A stretch of 64,000 nt of DNA from an uncultured Gammaproteobacteria bacterium (GCA_963764725.1 CAVXTM010000011.1:160001-224000), one strand, 5' to 3'; positions 1-10,479 are shown, counted from the stretch's first letter. Numbers and translations: made by a program. The notes: generated by a model from the sequence alone, not told the origin.

Positions 1-505
1 CTTCGTGGGGCTCCTGACCCCCCATTCGGTCTGGTTGGCGCTCGGCGTCTCGGACCTCGCGCACCAGTCCCTCGCCATCGGCGCCGGGACGCTGTTCGGG
101 GTCCTCTGCATGCTCGGGGGGGTGATCCTGTGGCGGCGGCGCATGTTCAATCCAAGAGTGCGCGCCACCTCGCGCTTCATGGACATCTTCATCCTCGACT
201 GGCTGCTGGTGACCCTCGGCCTAGGCCTCGCGACCATCCCTTGGTCACTCCACCATGCGCTCAAAGGCGATGCCACGGCGATGGTGTTGCTGGCCGAATG
301 GGCTCAGGGCATCGTCACCTTCCGGCCTAATCCGGTGCTGCTCTCCGGCGTGAGCCTCATCTACAAGGTGCATCTGTTCTTCGGCATGACGGTCTTCCTG
401 CTCTTCCCCTTCACCCGGCTGGTCCACGCCTGGAGCCTCCCCTTGACCTATCTATTCCGGCCCTATCAGATCGTCCGCACCAAGTTTGTCCGCTACCACC
501 GCTGA
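1..505 (+). CDS. narI: Respiratory nitrate reductase gamma subunit, 5'-partial
   Basis: GLLTPH, RVRATS, heme-ligand VHLFFG and FPFTRLVHAWS, C-terminal RPYQIVR typical of NarI. Confidence 0.93.
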   Translation, partial: FVGLLTPHSVWLALGVSDLAHQSLAIGAGTLFGVLCMLGGVILWRRRMFNPRVRATSRFMDIFILDWLLVTLGLGLATIPWSLHHALKGDATAMVLLAEWAQGIVTFRPNPVLLSGVSLIYKVHLFFGMTVFLLFPFTRLVHAWSLPLTYLFRPYQIVRTKFVRYHR

Positions 506-516
506 GGCTCAGATAA

Positions 517-1041
517 GTGGCTTCCAGCGGTGCTGCTGCGTTTATCGACCCGGCTACGGACTTCGCCGATGGCTTGCGGGTGCTCTACGCCTACCATGAG
601 AGTTTTATTCTCCAGGGACAGCGGCTGCTCGCAATGGCCGAGGCTATTAGCCAACGGGGTGTAGGTGAAGAGACGGCGGCCGAGGCCGTCCGACTCGCCG
701 CCTACTACGAGGGGACCACGCACCTACACCACCAAGACGAAGAGCGGGCCTTGTTCCCGTTCATCGTCAACAAGTCATTCTTGACCGATGGCATGATCGA
801 GCGTCTGGCACTGGACCACGAGGAGATCGACGAGCACTGGGCAAAGCTCAACGAGCTCTTGCGCGCCCCCGAAAAAATCGCCGATCCCGCGCGCTTCTTA
901 GAACTCGCGGCGCGCTTCGACAAAAGTCTGAAGACGCATATCGAGCGCGAGAACCTGGATTTTTTTCCGATCCTTGAAAACATGCTTTCGCTCCAACAGC
1001 TTGCCAGGATCGGTCAGCGGATGGCGCGGTTACGGGAATAA
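517..1041 (+). CDS. Hemerythrin/HHE domain protein
   Basis: HHQDEERALFP, LALDHEEI, HIERENLDFFP motifs. Confidence 0.85.
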   Translation: MASSGAAAFIDPATDFADGLRVLYAYHESFILQGQRLLAMAEAISQRGVGEETAAEAVRLAAYYEGTTHLHHQDEERALFPFIVNKSFLTDGMIERLALDHEEIDEHWAKLNELLRAPEKIADPARFLELAARFDKSLKTHIERENLDFFPILENMLSLQQLARIGQRMARLRE

Positions 1042-1133
1042 CCGCAATCTACGCACGCATCCTCGCGTCATGGTTCGATATCGTGCGCGCTACGCGGGTC
1101 GTGCAAGACCCGAAACGAACGGCGTCCGATGAT

Positions 1134-1161
1134 AAGCCGCCGCCCCTAAAGGCGGCGGCTT
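1134..1161. terminator. GC-rich hairpin between convergent genes, probable bidirectional terminator
   Basis: AAGCCGCCGCC-CCTAAA-GGCGGCGGCTT, perfect 11-bp stem. Confidence 0.55.
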
Positions 1162-1213
1162 CGATCCTTTACAGGTGGGTGATACCGCCCGCGGCGGATC
1201 CCTACCTCAAGCT

Positions 1214-1789
1214 TTAGGGATTGACGGTGATCGTCCCGTTCATCCCTCCAGGTCCACCGTGTACTACACAGTGATAAGGGAAGGTTCCCGCACTATTGAA
1301 GGTATGGCTGAATTGCGTCGGCGGCGGCATCCGTGCGGCTGGGTTACCTCCTCGACTATCGAACTGCGCGCCCGCGTTGCCTGCCCCAAAGTCACCGCTC
1401 GTTACCGTGTGGGGAGTCTGTCCTTGCTGGTGGTCCCAGGTTACCGTATCGCACCGATTGATCGTTAAGCTAGGCGGCATAAATTGGAAACTACTCATAA
1501 CCACCGTATGGGTAGCGCACACCACGGTAGGCGTCGGTGTCACCGTAGGTGTCGGCGAAACCGTGGGCGTGGGCGTCACCGTAGGCGTGGGTGTCACAGT
1601 AGGCGTGGGTGTGACAGTAGGCGTGGGTGTCACAGTAGGCGTGGGTGTCACAGTAGGCGTGGGTGTCACGGTGGGCGTCGGTGTCGGTTTCTGTTCATAG
1701 GGTGGTTGAGGTGACTCGCATGCCGCCAGTGATAAAGCTAGAAACCCGCCCATTAACAAGATCGAGATGATGCTGTTCTTATGGTGCAT
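1214..1789 (-). CDS. Lipoprotein with Pro/Thr linker and C-terminal plastocyanin-like cupredoxin domain
   Basis: GGAGG RBS before ATG at 1789; lipobox LAAC; PHTVT and YHCVVHGGPGGM type-1 copper ligands. Confidence 0.85.
   Translation of the reverse strand: MHHKNSIISILLMGGFLALSLAACESPQPPYEQKPTPTPTVTPTPTVTPTPTVTPTPTVTPTPTVTPTPTVTPTPTVSPTPTVTPTPTVVCATHTVVMSSFQFMPPSLTINRCDTVTWDHQQGQTPHTVTSGDFGAGNAGAQFDSRGGNPAARMPPPTQFSHTFNSAGTFPYHCVVHGGPGGMNGTITVNP
1523..1684 (-). repeat. 9 x 18-bp coding tandem repeat encoding (T/S)PTPTV
   Basis: Repeat read directly in DNA and protein. Confidence 0.95.
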
Positions 1790-2041
1790 TCTTAACCTCC
1801 GGTAAAGTGTTGTTGTTGTGATCCGTCCCTGCTCCCTGCGATCTCGCATTCCCTTGAAAGATGCTCAGTGTTCCTTGTTCTTGGTCCTTTCGGTCTGAAG
1901 ATAGAAGAGCCTATCAAAACAAGCCGACGCCTTGGCATGTGCCGTTGCACACCGGCCTTGTCCAAGCGTTCCCACTGTGCCCGCCATCGGGGAGTGGGAG
2001 TGTTCGAATGCGATAAGACTATCATATCCGGGCGAGAGATG

Positions 2042-2059
2042 TTGTGAAATACTTCACAA
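2042..2059. promoter_or_regulatory. Palindromic regulator site of CRP/FNR-family or Rex-box type
   Basis: TTGTGAA-ATAC-TTCACAA (contains TGTGA-N6-TCACA) in a divergent intergenic region. Confidence 0.45.
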
Positions 2060-2390
2060 AAACGTAGGTAAGCTACACGGGCGGCGCGGGCCAGCGTCGA
2101 GGAGGTGAGTCCGAGCGTGAGGTTCGCTCCGTTGCAGAGCAGCATCATGAGCACGAGTAACCCGAGGTTGCCGATCATCGGTACCTCAAAGACGAGGCAC
2201 GCGGCGCAAGGAGGGTGAACCCGCGCCCCTGCGTATGAACCAAGACTGCCGGCCTAAATATCGACTGGTTGGCGCCTTCCAACGCCGATCAGGATAATTG
2301 GACCTAAATTCGATCCGCTACGCGAGCTTGGGATTCAAGACGAAACCCCTGAGCGCGCCGGATAACCCTCCTTTAAACAATTCAATCGCT

Positions 2391-4364
2391 ATGAATTACA
2401 TATTCCAGATCATAACGATCAGCCTGATCTTGCTCAATCTCACGGGCTTGACTCTCGCCGCCAAGCGTTTAACGGAATCCTATGAGCTGGCGAAGATCGC
2501 TGCCCCGGTAGCCCTGTGCCTGGGCATGTTTTTCATCGAACATTTCGTGGGTTTGGGGAGCCTGTTTTGGCTCTGGCCGCTAACGACGGCCGTTTCCGTC
2601 TATTTGGTCGTGACCCGCCACGCCCTGCTTTTCATCCACTGGAAGATCGAGGCTGTATTTATTTTCGGCTTCACTTATGTCCTGCTTTGGCGTTACGCCT
2701 TCCCTGACATTGATCCATCCTCCGAACGTTTGACGAATCTGCACTTTATCGCGAGCTACATGCCAGGGAGCATACTGCCGCCGGTGGATACATGGCTCCC
2801 GCCGTACAAACTCGACTTTTATTATACCTTTCAGCATTACAGCGCGGCGCTCATGGGCCGGCTGTTCGGCCTGGATGCCGGGACTACCTATAATGTCGCC
2901 TTTTGTATCATCTACGCGCTAGCTATTACCGCAGGGGCCACCGCTATTAGCCGTTTTTGCACCAGCAACGGCTCGCGAGCCATAGCCATGGCCGCGCTCG
3001 TACTGGGCGGCAGCGGTGCCTGGCCGTTCGTGCACTTCATGATCGAGGAGCCAAGTCTCTGGTCGAGCATGCGCTTCATTGGCGATGTAGCACAACCTGC
3101 CGAACCCCTGAGCGACTTTGGCAGATGGTTGGTGGACCTGGCGTTCCCACCTCACTTACCCTTGACACATCCACCGGAGAAGTTGCCGACGGAGACCTTC
3201 GGCTATCTGGTATCGTTGGGCGACTACCACGCTCCATTGGGTGGATTTATGTTGCTGACCCTGGCGCTGGCTTGCATCGCACTCCTGCACAAGAAGCCAC
3301 TCGACCGCTCAGCCCTGGCGGTCCTCGTCGCCACCGTCCCCCTAAGCATCATTACCAATACCTGGACCTTTCCGTTGCAAGTCGCGCTGGTGGGGACGTG
3401 GTTTATCTTTCAGCACGCGACCCAGCGATCGTCTGACTGGTCAGTATTGATCGCCGCCGCCGGCGCCTCCGTCTTGCTCATCTACCCACATTTGCGCGGC
3501 TTCGCAATCCAATCGCTGGACTTCAAAGCCAGCGTAAGCCTCGTGCCAGCCCATGAGCACACCCCCTGGGCGATGCTTCTAGTGCTGCACTGGCCTCTGC
3601 TCGGCATCCTGGCGTTCAGCGCTTTTCGGCGCAAGCTCAGCGGGCTCACCTTATATTTCGCGCTAGTGTGGACCGGGCTCTTTCTATTTTCCGAATTTTT
3701 CCATGTTGACGAGCTCTACGAGGGGGAATTCAATCGCTTCAACACGACCCTAAAATGGTGGCCGTGGATCCAAGCGGGCGGCTTGCTGACCCTGGGTGCC
3801 ATGAATCTCTCCTCGCCCTGCCGCGTGTCCCGTTATGGTTCCGCCGTGGTGTTGCTCGCGACCGCAGGTTACGGCTATGACCTTGGCCACCACTGGTTCA
3901 AAACGCCCAAGACGCATTTTGCCCGCCTTGACGGGGCCGCCTGGGTTACCGACGACCCGATAGAGAAAGTCATGCTCGATTTTCTAAAGAACACGGAACC
4001 GGGGATTGTCCTCGAACGCGCCGAGACAGGCTCCTACACCTATGCCCCCGCCATGGCCATTTTTTCGGGACAACGCTCTCTGTTAGGCTGGGTGGATCAC
4101 GAACGCATATGGCGGGGTTATCGTACCGATCTGGCCGCCACGTTTGAGCAGATCGGGAGCTTTTATGCCGGTAAGCTGGCTAATAGCACTGCCTGGCTTT
4201 CGCACAATCAGGTGCGTTACGTGCTCTGGCTGCAGCGAGATAATATCGAGCCCTACGACGCCTTCGATGCCATCCATGCCCAGATCAAGGGTCAATATGA
4301 TTGGAAGGAGTTTTCCGCCGCCGATCGGATCAGGGTCGGTATGTGGGTACGGCGTTTGTTCTGA
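2391..4364 (+). CDS. DUF2298-like polytopic membrane protein, putative GT-C glycosyltransferase
   Basis: Many TM segments; FYYTFQHY, NTWTFP, RFNTTLKWW, LLGWVDHE motifs. Confidence 0.7.
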   Translation: MNYIFQIITISLILLNLTGLTLAAKRLTESYELAKIAAPVALCLGMFFIEHFVGLGSLFWLWPLTTAVSVYLVVTRHALLFIHWKIEAVFIFGFTYVLLWRYAFPDIDPSSERLTNLHFIASYMPGSILPPVDTWLPPYKLDFYYTFQHYSAALMGRLFGLDAGTTYNVAFCIIYALAITAGATAISRFCTSNGSRAIAMAALVLGGSGAWPFVHFMIEEPSLWSSMRFIGDVAQPAEPLSDFGRWLVDLAFPPHLPLTHPPEKLPTETFGYLVSLGDYHAPLGGFMLLTLALACIALLHKKPLDRSALAVLVATVPLSIITNTWTFPLQVALVGTWFIFQHATQRSSDWSVLIAAAGASVLLIYPHLRGFAIQSLDFKASVSLVPAHEHTPWAMLLVLHWPLLGILAFSAFRRKLSGLTLYFALVWTGLFLFSEFFHVDELYEGEFNRFNTTLKWWPWIQAGGLLTLGAMNLSSPCRVSRYGSAVVLLATAGYGYDLGHHWFKTPKTHFARLDGAAWVTDDPIEKVMLDFLKNTEPGIVLERAETGSYTYAPAMAIFSGQRSLLGWVDHERIWRGYRTDLAATFEQIGSFYAGKLANSTAWLSHNQVRYVLWLQRDNIEPYDAFDAIHAQIKGQYDWKEFSAADRIRVGMWVRRLF

Positions 4365-4410
4365 AATCGTTGTGATGGGGCACGCCTTTTAGAACCCGGC
4401 TGCAAGCAGA

Positions 4411-5424
4411 TCAATCGACCCCGTGGCGTTGAGACTCTCTCAGGACACTTCGGCGTGCGGCGGGTGGAAGATAATCCTTCCAAAGATACAGAGGTCGTCT
4501 TTTGGTTTCGCTAAACATGCGGCCGAGGTATTCACCGATCACACCTAGAAACGTAAGCTGAATGCCCCCCAGGAACAACACGACCACCATTAACGACGGA
4601 TATCCACGGACAGGATCGCCGAAGACCAGGGTCTTATAGACGACCACGATGGCATAAATAAATGCGGCGGCGGCCGTGATCAATCCGAGGTAGGTTGCGA
4701 TCTTCAACGGGGCCACGGTATGCGAGGTGATGCCGTCCAAGGCAAAATTCCACAAACGCCAGTAGTTCCACTTAGTCTTTCCGGCGCAGCGGGGATCGCG
4801 CCGATATAGGACCTCTTTCTGCGGATAGCCGATCCAGCTATACAGCCCCTTCATAAAGCGGTGCTGCTCGCGAAATAGCCCGAGGGACTCCACGGCGCGC
4901 CGGCTAAGCAAACGGAAATCGCCAGTATCTGCCGGGATCTTGACCGGGCTCACCGCTTGGATCAAACGATAAAACACAAACGCAGTGAGCTTCTTTAGCC
5001 AGCTTTCGCCATCTCTGGCACTGCGCCTGCCGTAAACGACGTCGTAACCGTTCCGCCACTCTCTGACGAACTCGGGGATCACCTCCGGCGGGTCTTGCAG
5101 ATCCGCGTCGATGATCACGACGGCCTCGCCGCGCGCATGTTCGAGGCCGGCGCTTATCGCAATCTCTTTCCCGAAATTCCGACTCAAATCCAAAATGGCC
5201 ACGCGGGGATCATGGGCTCGCAATTCGTGCAGGACAGCTAACGTGCCGTCGGTACTGCCGTCGTTAACGTAGATGATTTCCGTCTCTTCGGAGAATCTAT
5301 CGAGTATGGGGGCTAGGCGCTGTTGAAAACGTCTGACCACTTCTTGTTCGTTATAGGCGGGGACTACCACCGACAACAATGGTGGCCTGCCGTTATCCCC
5401 ACCCTGTTCACCGCTCGTCTGCAT
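4411..5424 (-). CDS. GT2 polyprenyl-phosphate glycosyltransferase (GtrB-like)
   Basis: VVPAYNE, NDGSTD, SRNFGKE, DADLQDPPE, two C-terminal TM helices. Confidence 0.9.
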   Translation of the reverse strand: MQTSGEQGGDNGRPPLLSVVVPAYNEQEVVRRFQQRLAPILDRFSEETEIIYVNDGSTDGTLAVLHELRAHDPRVAILDLSRNFGKEIAISAGLEHARGEAVVIIDADLQDPPEVIPEFVREWRNGYDVVYGRRSARDGESWLKKLTAFVFYRLIQAVSPVKIPADTGDFRLLSRRAVESLGLFREQHRFMKGLYSWIGYPQKEVLYRRDPRCAGKTKWNYWRLWNFALDGITSHTVAPLKIATYLGLITAAAAFIYAIVVVYKTLVFGDPVRGYPSLMVVVLFLGGIQLTFLGVIGEYLGRMFSETKRRPLYLWKDYLPPAARRSVLRESQRHGVD

Positions 5425-5566
5425 GGGAGTGCTCTTGAAAGGTCCACCAATAGTTTACCCGCGAAGTTGCATAGCAAGACGACGCCCGTAGTCCCCATTT
5501 TCCGGTACGTTGGTCACAAGGTGGCCTAGGGTAACATAACGCATGGAGCGAGCTTCCACTGCCCAG

Positions 5567-5725
5567 TTGACCAACGGGCCGCGCGCCAGGGTCGGCCGAA
5601 TCATGGAGGTGGACCTGCCGCGCCCACGCAGCCGTGAAATGCTCCTGGAACACCCCAAGTATTACGATCTCAGGGAGAATCTCATCGCCTTCCTCGCCGA
5701 GTATGATGGGCAGTGTCCGGTGAAG
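5567..5725 (+). pseudogene. C-terminal remnant of a nitrate ABC transporter ATPase (NrtC/NrtD-like)
   Basis: LTNGPRARVGRIMEVDLPRPRSR...HPKYYDLRENLIAFL with no Walker A region upstream. Confidence 0.7.
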
Positions 5726-5892
5726 TCTGAGGCCGGGCTCCAAGACGCTTACATTCGAAACGGCTCCCGCCGAAGGACCTTGTTATGCGTTCTTACGTAG
5801 GGACTTGGGGTGATCGAAATTTCAAAAAAATGTTCTTGGACCTGGCTTTCGGATATACTGCAAACTCATTCAACCGAAACTGGGTAACCAAC

Positions 5893-6270
5893 ATGACCTA
5901 TAAAAAGACACTGGCCGCACTGGTCGCGGGAACGTTAACCATATTTGGAGTCGGTGCTTATGCACAAAAATCGGTGGCTCCGGTATCTCCGCATCAGACG
6001 GAGGCGCTCAAGCATGCCGAGCAGGCGGTAGCGGCCGGCAAGCAGGGCGACGCCGCTGGGCTCGTCGAGCACGCAGAGGAGGCGAACAAGCATGCCATCA
6101 TGGCCCAAAAGGATTTCAGCAGTTTTAAACTGCAAGAGGCCAGCGGGCACTTGGCTGAAGCCATAACTGCTGGCAAAGCAGGGCAAGCCGATGTCGCCAC
6201 GACCCATGCGGAAGAAGCCGTGAAGGGGCTCAAGTCCGACTACTACCCCGTCGATCCCACCCAACCGTAA
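5893..6270 (+). CDS. smbP: Small metal-binding protein (SmbP family), periplasmic
   Basis: Signal peptide; His/Ala heptads EALKHAEQA, VEHAEEA, HLAEAI, HAEEAV. Confidence 0.75.
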   Translation: MTYKKTLAALVAGTLTIFGVGAYAQKSVAPVSPHQTEALKHAEQAVAAGKQGDAAGLVEHAEEANKHAIMAQKDFSSFKLQEASGHLAEAITAGKAGQADVATTHAEEAVKGLKSDYYPVDPTQP

Positions 6271-6532
6271 CAGCAACGTAACCACGGCCCGCCCACTCGA
6301 GGGGGCCGTGGTTACGGCTTTCAATCGTTCCTCCGTGACCCTATCGGTCAGAGGGCACGGTCCTAGCCCAGGTCGCGCTGGCGGGACAACACGTATACGA
6401 ACTTGTTTCGTTGCCCTTCGACATAGCAAAAAGCCGCCCGGCTCGAATACGATAGGAGTGCGTCAAAAGGCGAGATGGCGCTTCCGGTCTCGTATGTCTA
6501 TTGGGTCGTAATTGCACAGCAACGTAATCTCT

Positions 6533-7543
6533 ATGGCGGCGGAGGACATCACTCTCGGCGTGCTGCTGGTTAATCTGGGCACACCGGAGGCGCCGACGCC
6601 CCGGGCCGTGCGGCGCTACCTGGGCGAGATGCTCTCCGATCCACGGGTGGTCGAGTTACCGCGCCTGCTGTGGTGGCCGATCCTCCACGGCTTTATCTTA
6701 CGCCTGCGGCCACGGCGAAGCGCGCCGGCCTATCGCAGCATATGGACCGATGAGGGATCGCCGCTGCTCGCGGTCACAAAGCGCCAGGCGATCGCGCTCG
6801 AGGCATCGTTGCGTAGCGAACTCGGCACTGGGGTCATGGTCAGCGCCGGGATGCGTTACGGTGATCCGTCCATCAAGGCGGCACTCGATCGACTTCGCGC
6901 CCGCGGCATCAGGCGCCTTCTCGTCTTGCCGCTCTACCCGCAGTATTCCTCGGTCACGACCGGATCGGCCTTCGATGCCGTGGCGGCGGTGCTAAAAACC
7001 TGGCGTTCACTGCCCGAGCTGCGCGTCATTACCGGTTATCACGGCCATCAGGATTATATAGCAGCGCTCGCCGATAGCATCGCCTTAGCCTGGAGGTGCC
7101 GCGATCCGGGGCGCAAATTACTGTTTTCCTTTCATGGTCTGCCGCAAGACTACCATCGCAGCGGGGATCCATATTATTCCCAATGTCTAGAGACCGCGCG
7201 TCTCGTTGCGGCCCGATTAGGTCTGCATTGCGACCGTTGGCTGGCCGCGTTTCAGTCACGTTTCGGCCCGCGTGAATGGCTCCGCCCCTATACCGATCAC
7301 ACCTTGGTGGAGTGGGCGAGGCAGGGATTCGATAACGTGGATGTGGTCTGCCCGGGGTTCGCAGCTGAGTGTCTGGAAACCCTGGAAGAGATCGACCTGC
7401 GTTACCGCAAGGTGTACCTGGACGCAGGCGGGCGGCAGCTTCATTACATCCCGGCGCTAAACGATGGAGCGGGGCACATTACGATGCTCACTAGATTGGT
7501 GCAGACGCACATTCAAGGCTGGCCTGAGCATCGTAGCCCATAG
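6533..7543 (+). CDS. hemH: Ferrochelatase
   Basis: LLVNLGTP, LYPQYS, FSFHGLP, FQSRFG, WLRPYT, CLETLEEI. Confidence 0.96.
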   Translation: MAAEDITLGVLLVNLGTPEAPTPRAVRRYLGEMLSDPRVVELPRLLWWPILHGFILRLRPRRSAPAYRSIWTDEGSPLLAVTKRQAIALEASLRSELGTGVMVSAGMRYGDPSIKAALDRLRARGIRRLLVLPLYPQYSSVTTGSAFDAVAAVLKTWRSLPELRVITGYHGHQDYIAALADSIALAWRCRDPGRKLLFSFHGLPQDYHRSGDPYYSQCLETARLVAARLGLHCDRWLAAFQSRFGPREWLRPYTDHTLVEWARQGFDNVDVVCPGFAAECLETLEEIDLRYRKVYLDAGGRQLHYIPALNDGAGHITMLTRLVQTHIQGWPEHRSP

Positions 7544-7711
7544 GCGACGCGGGACTGCTACGTGCGGTGAAGATCCCGGTGTTTATGCCCGACTCTGCGG
7601 CGCGGCGCCGTCCCCGTAACACAATCGTCACACGGATGCAGCGTGCTCGCAATGTTTGGTACGCATAATGCCCCAAACGAATCCGTAATGGGATATTGCG
7701 AGAGCGCTAAC

Positions 7712-7906
7712 ATGCAAGCGAAACCAGTCGAATACCGAAACCTCTGGCAACAACTCGTGCAAGAGATCGCTGATATTGAAGAGCTGATTGCCGATGCCCG
7801 TAAACCGGAGGATACACAAGCGCTGTGGTCATTGCACTTATTGCAATCCAACCTAAAGTTGAAGCGGCGCCAGCTAAAGCAACACCTCGTCGGCCAACGT
7901 GCCTGA
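7712..7906 (+). CDS. Small helical hypothetical protein
   Basis: Amphipathic coiled-coil-like ORF; no family recognised. Confidence 0.4.
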   Translation: MQAKPVEYRNLWQQLVQEIADIEELIADARKPEDTQALWSLHLLQSNLKLKRRQLKQHLVGQRA

Positions 7907-8170
7907 CGGAGTACGGTAAACCTAAGATCCCGTAAACGTCCGCTGCGCGGCCTGGGCGGCATCGCGCCTCAATAAACCCGCCTCCGGCGGCATGACCGGG
8001 ACGACGCATGCACTGTCGCGACCGGCGCCGAACCGGCTTCGGAATTCATGCCACCAAATGTTGTGAGCCGAGTGTTCACAGCGTAATCTATATTATCAAC
8101 GTAACGATGATCGAGCCGGGTCCATGGCCCGTTGGCTGGGGTCCGGTGTTTTCGGAGGTGTTAGCTTTCC

Positions 8171-8263
8171 GGAGAGGTACCGAAGCGGTCACAACGGCAC
8201 CGACTCGAAATCGGTTGGGGGCTTTGCCGCCCCACGAGGGTTCGAATCCCTCCCTCTCCGCCA
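8171..8263 (+). tRNA. tRNA-Ser(CGA)
   Basis: GGAGAGG/CCTCTCC acceptor stem, anticodon loop CTCGAAA, long variable arm, GGTTCGAATCC, 3' CCA. Confidence 0.97.
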
Positions 8264-8282
8264 ATCAATAGCTTACAAACAT

Positions 8283-9271
8283 TGAGCTAGGCTCGAAAAA
8301 GTGGACGCCATTAATCTGTTAGATTGATTGATGGAGGACCATGATGACAAAGTTACCTCGACAATCGTTCACGCATGAATTTCGTGAACAAGCGGTAAAG
8401 GTGATAGAGGTTGAGCGGCTGTCGATTCCGGAAGCGGCGCGTCGATTAAATCTTTCGGCAACGACCCTGTCGACTTGGGTTTATCGATCACGTGCCGGTC
8501 GGCTCAGTGCGGTTGGCGAGAGCCGCAAGCCGGTCAGTGAGCTGGAAGCGGAGAACACCCGTTTGTGGCGGGAGTTAGCCGAAGCACGACTGGAGCGAGA
8601 TTTACTAAAAAAGGCGGCAGCGTACTTCGCGAGCGAGTCGGTGCGAGGTACGCGTTCATGAAGGCCCACCGAGAAGAGTTTCCCTTGTTATTGATGAGCC
8701 GGATATTGACGGTATCGAAAAGTGGTTACTACGCTTGGCTGAAACGCAAGCTCTCGCAACGGGAGCCAACAATGCGCGTTTAGCGGTAGCGATCCAGGCG
8801 GCACACGAGCGCAGTCGCGGGACCTATGGCCCCGCTACGGCTACAGCCGGAATTGCGTGCTAATGGCTTCAGGGCGGGTCTCGGGCGCATTAAGCGATTA
8901 CGCAAGGTGCTGGGTTTGCGCTGTAAGCAGCATCGCAAATTCAAGGCGACAACCGATTCCAAGCACAGCTTGCCGGTGGCGGAGAATCGGCTCAACCAAG
9001 ACTTTGTCATGTCGCAACCTAACCAAGCTTGGGTCACCGACCTGACCTACATCCCCACAGACGAAGGCTGGCTCTACCTCGCGGCCATCAAAGATCTCTA
9101 CACCTGTGAGATCGTCGGTTATGCGATGGGGGAGCGTATGACGCAGACCTTGGACCGTCAGAGACGGCATTCGAAACTGGGTAATCTCTCACCGGCTACT
9201 TTTGTCCAACAGGCAAAGGTTATCGTAACGAGACCTTAAATGATGGCGTCCACTGTTGACGACCTAGGTCA
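8283..9271 (+). mobile_element. IS3-family element, degenerate (stop and internal deletion in orfB)
   Basis: TG...CA ends with imperfect IRs (AGTGGACGCCAT); OrfA 8341-8661; OrfB pieces with WVTDLTYI and YLAAIKDL. Confidence 0.9.
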
Positions 9272-9478
9272 ATGGATGAGGCTGTTTACGACGGACTCCA
9301 TCGCAAGATAGGGCGGAGGAACATTAGTCGATTCCTGGAATCGCTCGCACGCCCGCATGTCCTTCGACACGACATCGACGAGGCTTACCGCGTCATGGCG
9401 GAAGATGAGGCACGGGAGAGAGAGGCTCTGGAGTGGTCGGAGGGTGTAATCGCGGACAGCGCCCATGACGCGCGGTGA
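9272..9478 (+). CDS. Putative antitoxin, possibly 5'-truncated by IS3
   Basis: Overlaps the MazF gene; acidic EREALEWSE tail. Confidence 0.7.
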   Translation: MDEAVYDGLHRKIGRRNISRFLESLARPHVLRHDIDEAYRVMAEDEAREREALEWSEGVIADSAHDAR

Positions 9479-9929
9479 GGTGTGGTGGATTAATTTTGAT
9501 CCCTCTCTCGGTGGCGAGATTCAGAAGACACGACCAGCCGTAATCGTGAGCAACGATGCTTCGAATCGCTACCTGAATCGCCTGCAAGTTGTTCCGATCA
9601 CCCGTAAGGTTGAGCGTCTATATCCGAGTGAGACCTATGTGAACGTGAATGGGGAACGGCGCAAAGCGATGGCCGATCAGATCGCCACGGTCAGCAAACA
9701 ACGACTCAAGGAGCGTTTGGGGCGGCTGACGGTAGATGATATGCGTTTGGTTGAACGGGCAATGCTGGTGCAGCTTGATAGGTGGACAGCACTCATGAGC
9801 CGCCCCTGGTCAATAGACAACGTTTTCTCTAATCACGATTCTTTTAGATCGTTTTTGAAGTGCCCGTCTCTATCAACGGGTAGATACGCATCCCGATCTG
9901 GAGCAGCCACAGCGCGTTGGGCCCGCTGA
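9465..9929 (+). CDS. mazF: PemK/MazF family toxin with apparent C-terminal read-through extension
   Basis: RGEVWWINFDP, GGEIQKTRPAVIVS, MADQIATVSKQRL. Confidence 0.9.
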   Translation: MTRGEVWWINFDPSLGGEIQKTRPAVIVSNDASNRYLNRLQVVPITRKVERLYPSETYVNVNGERRKAMADQIATVSKQRLKERLGRLTVDDMRLVERAMLVQLDRWTALMSRPWSIDNVFSNHDSFRSFLKCPSLSTGRYASRSGAATARWAR

Positions 9930-9983
9930 CCTTCGGGTCGGCCGGAACTCGCTGGCGTCGGCCATGCAATTCAGGCCACGCTC

Positions 9984-10111
9984 GCCGGGCTTAACATCAG
10001 GTGCTTTGCATCATGGCATCACGCATCATGCGCACGACCATCGATATTGACGATCCGATCCTGAAAGAGGTCAAGCGGCTCCAGCGGCATGAAGGCAAGT
10101 CGCTTGGCCGG
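9984..10111 (+). repeat. 128-bp direct repeat, copy 1: promoter plus truncated 5' part of the antitoxin at 13235
   Basis: Near-identical to 13191-13318. Confidence 0.92.
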
Positions 10112-10125
10112 ATTTTTTCTGTTTC

Positions 10126-10146
10126 TGTAATACCAAGCAATGACTC
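10126..10146 (+). repeat. Orphan copy of the RAYT right-end sequence
   Basis: TGTAATACCAAGCAATGACTC, 20/21 match to 11940-11960. Confidence 0.85.
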
Positions 10147-10257
10147 CCTTTCCACTTTTTCATGCGCACACGACCCCGCTCGCCAATCCACATGGTTGCA
10201 GCTACCTTACGCAGTACGTATAGTAGACGCGTTTATACGTATAGATCTAATACGAAG

Positions 10258-10479
10258 ATGAAAACGAAACTTACCATCACAATCGATAAAGAGATTTTGC
10301 CTCTGGCGAAACGGTATGCGCGCTCGCAAGGCGTTTCGCTGTCTCAACTCGTTGAAACAACGCTGAGGTCGCTGAGTCGTGAAGAGCAACTCTCGTTTTC
10401 AGCACGATGGAAGGGTAAGTTCGAGCCGGCGAGTCGAGACGACGAGCGCTACCGAACACTGGCCCGGAAATACCTGTGA
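10258..10479 (+). CDS. DUF6364-like RHH antitoxin
   Basis: MKTKLTITIDKEIL...AKRYARSQGVSLSQLVE; overlaps the PIN gene. Confidence 0.8.
   Translation: MKTKLTITIDKEILPLAKRYARSQGVSLSQLVETTLRSLSREEQLSFSARWKGKFEPASRDDERYRTLARKYL

Noticed and set aside
1134-1161. Hairpin as an IS200/IS605 end
   Set aside because: No tnpA or tnpB nearby; a terminator between convergent genes is the simpler reading
1523-1684. Tandem repeat as a CRISPR array
   Set aside because: No spacers; in-frame coding repeat; no cas genes in the window
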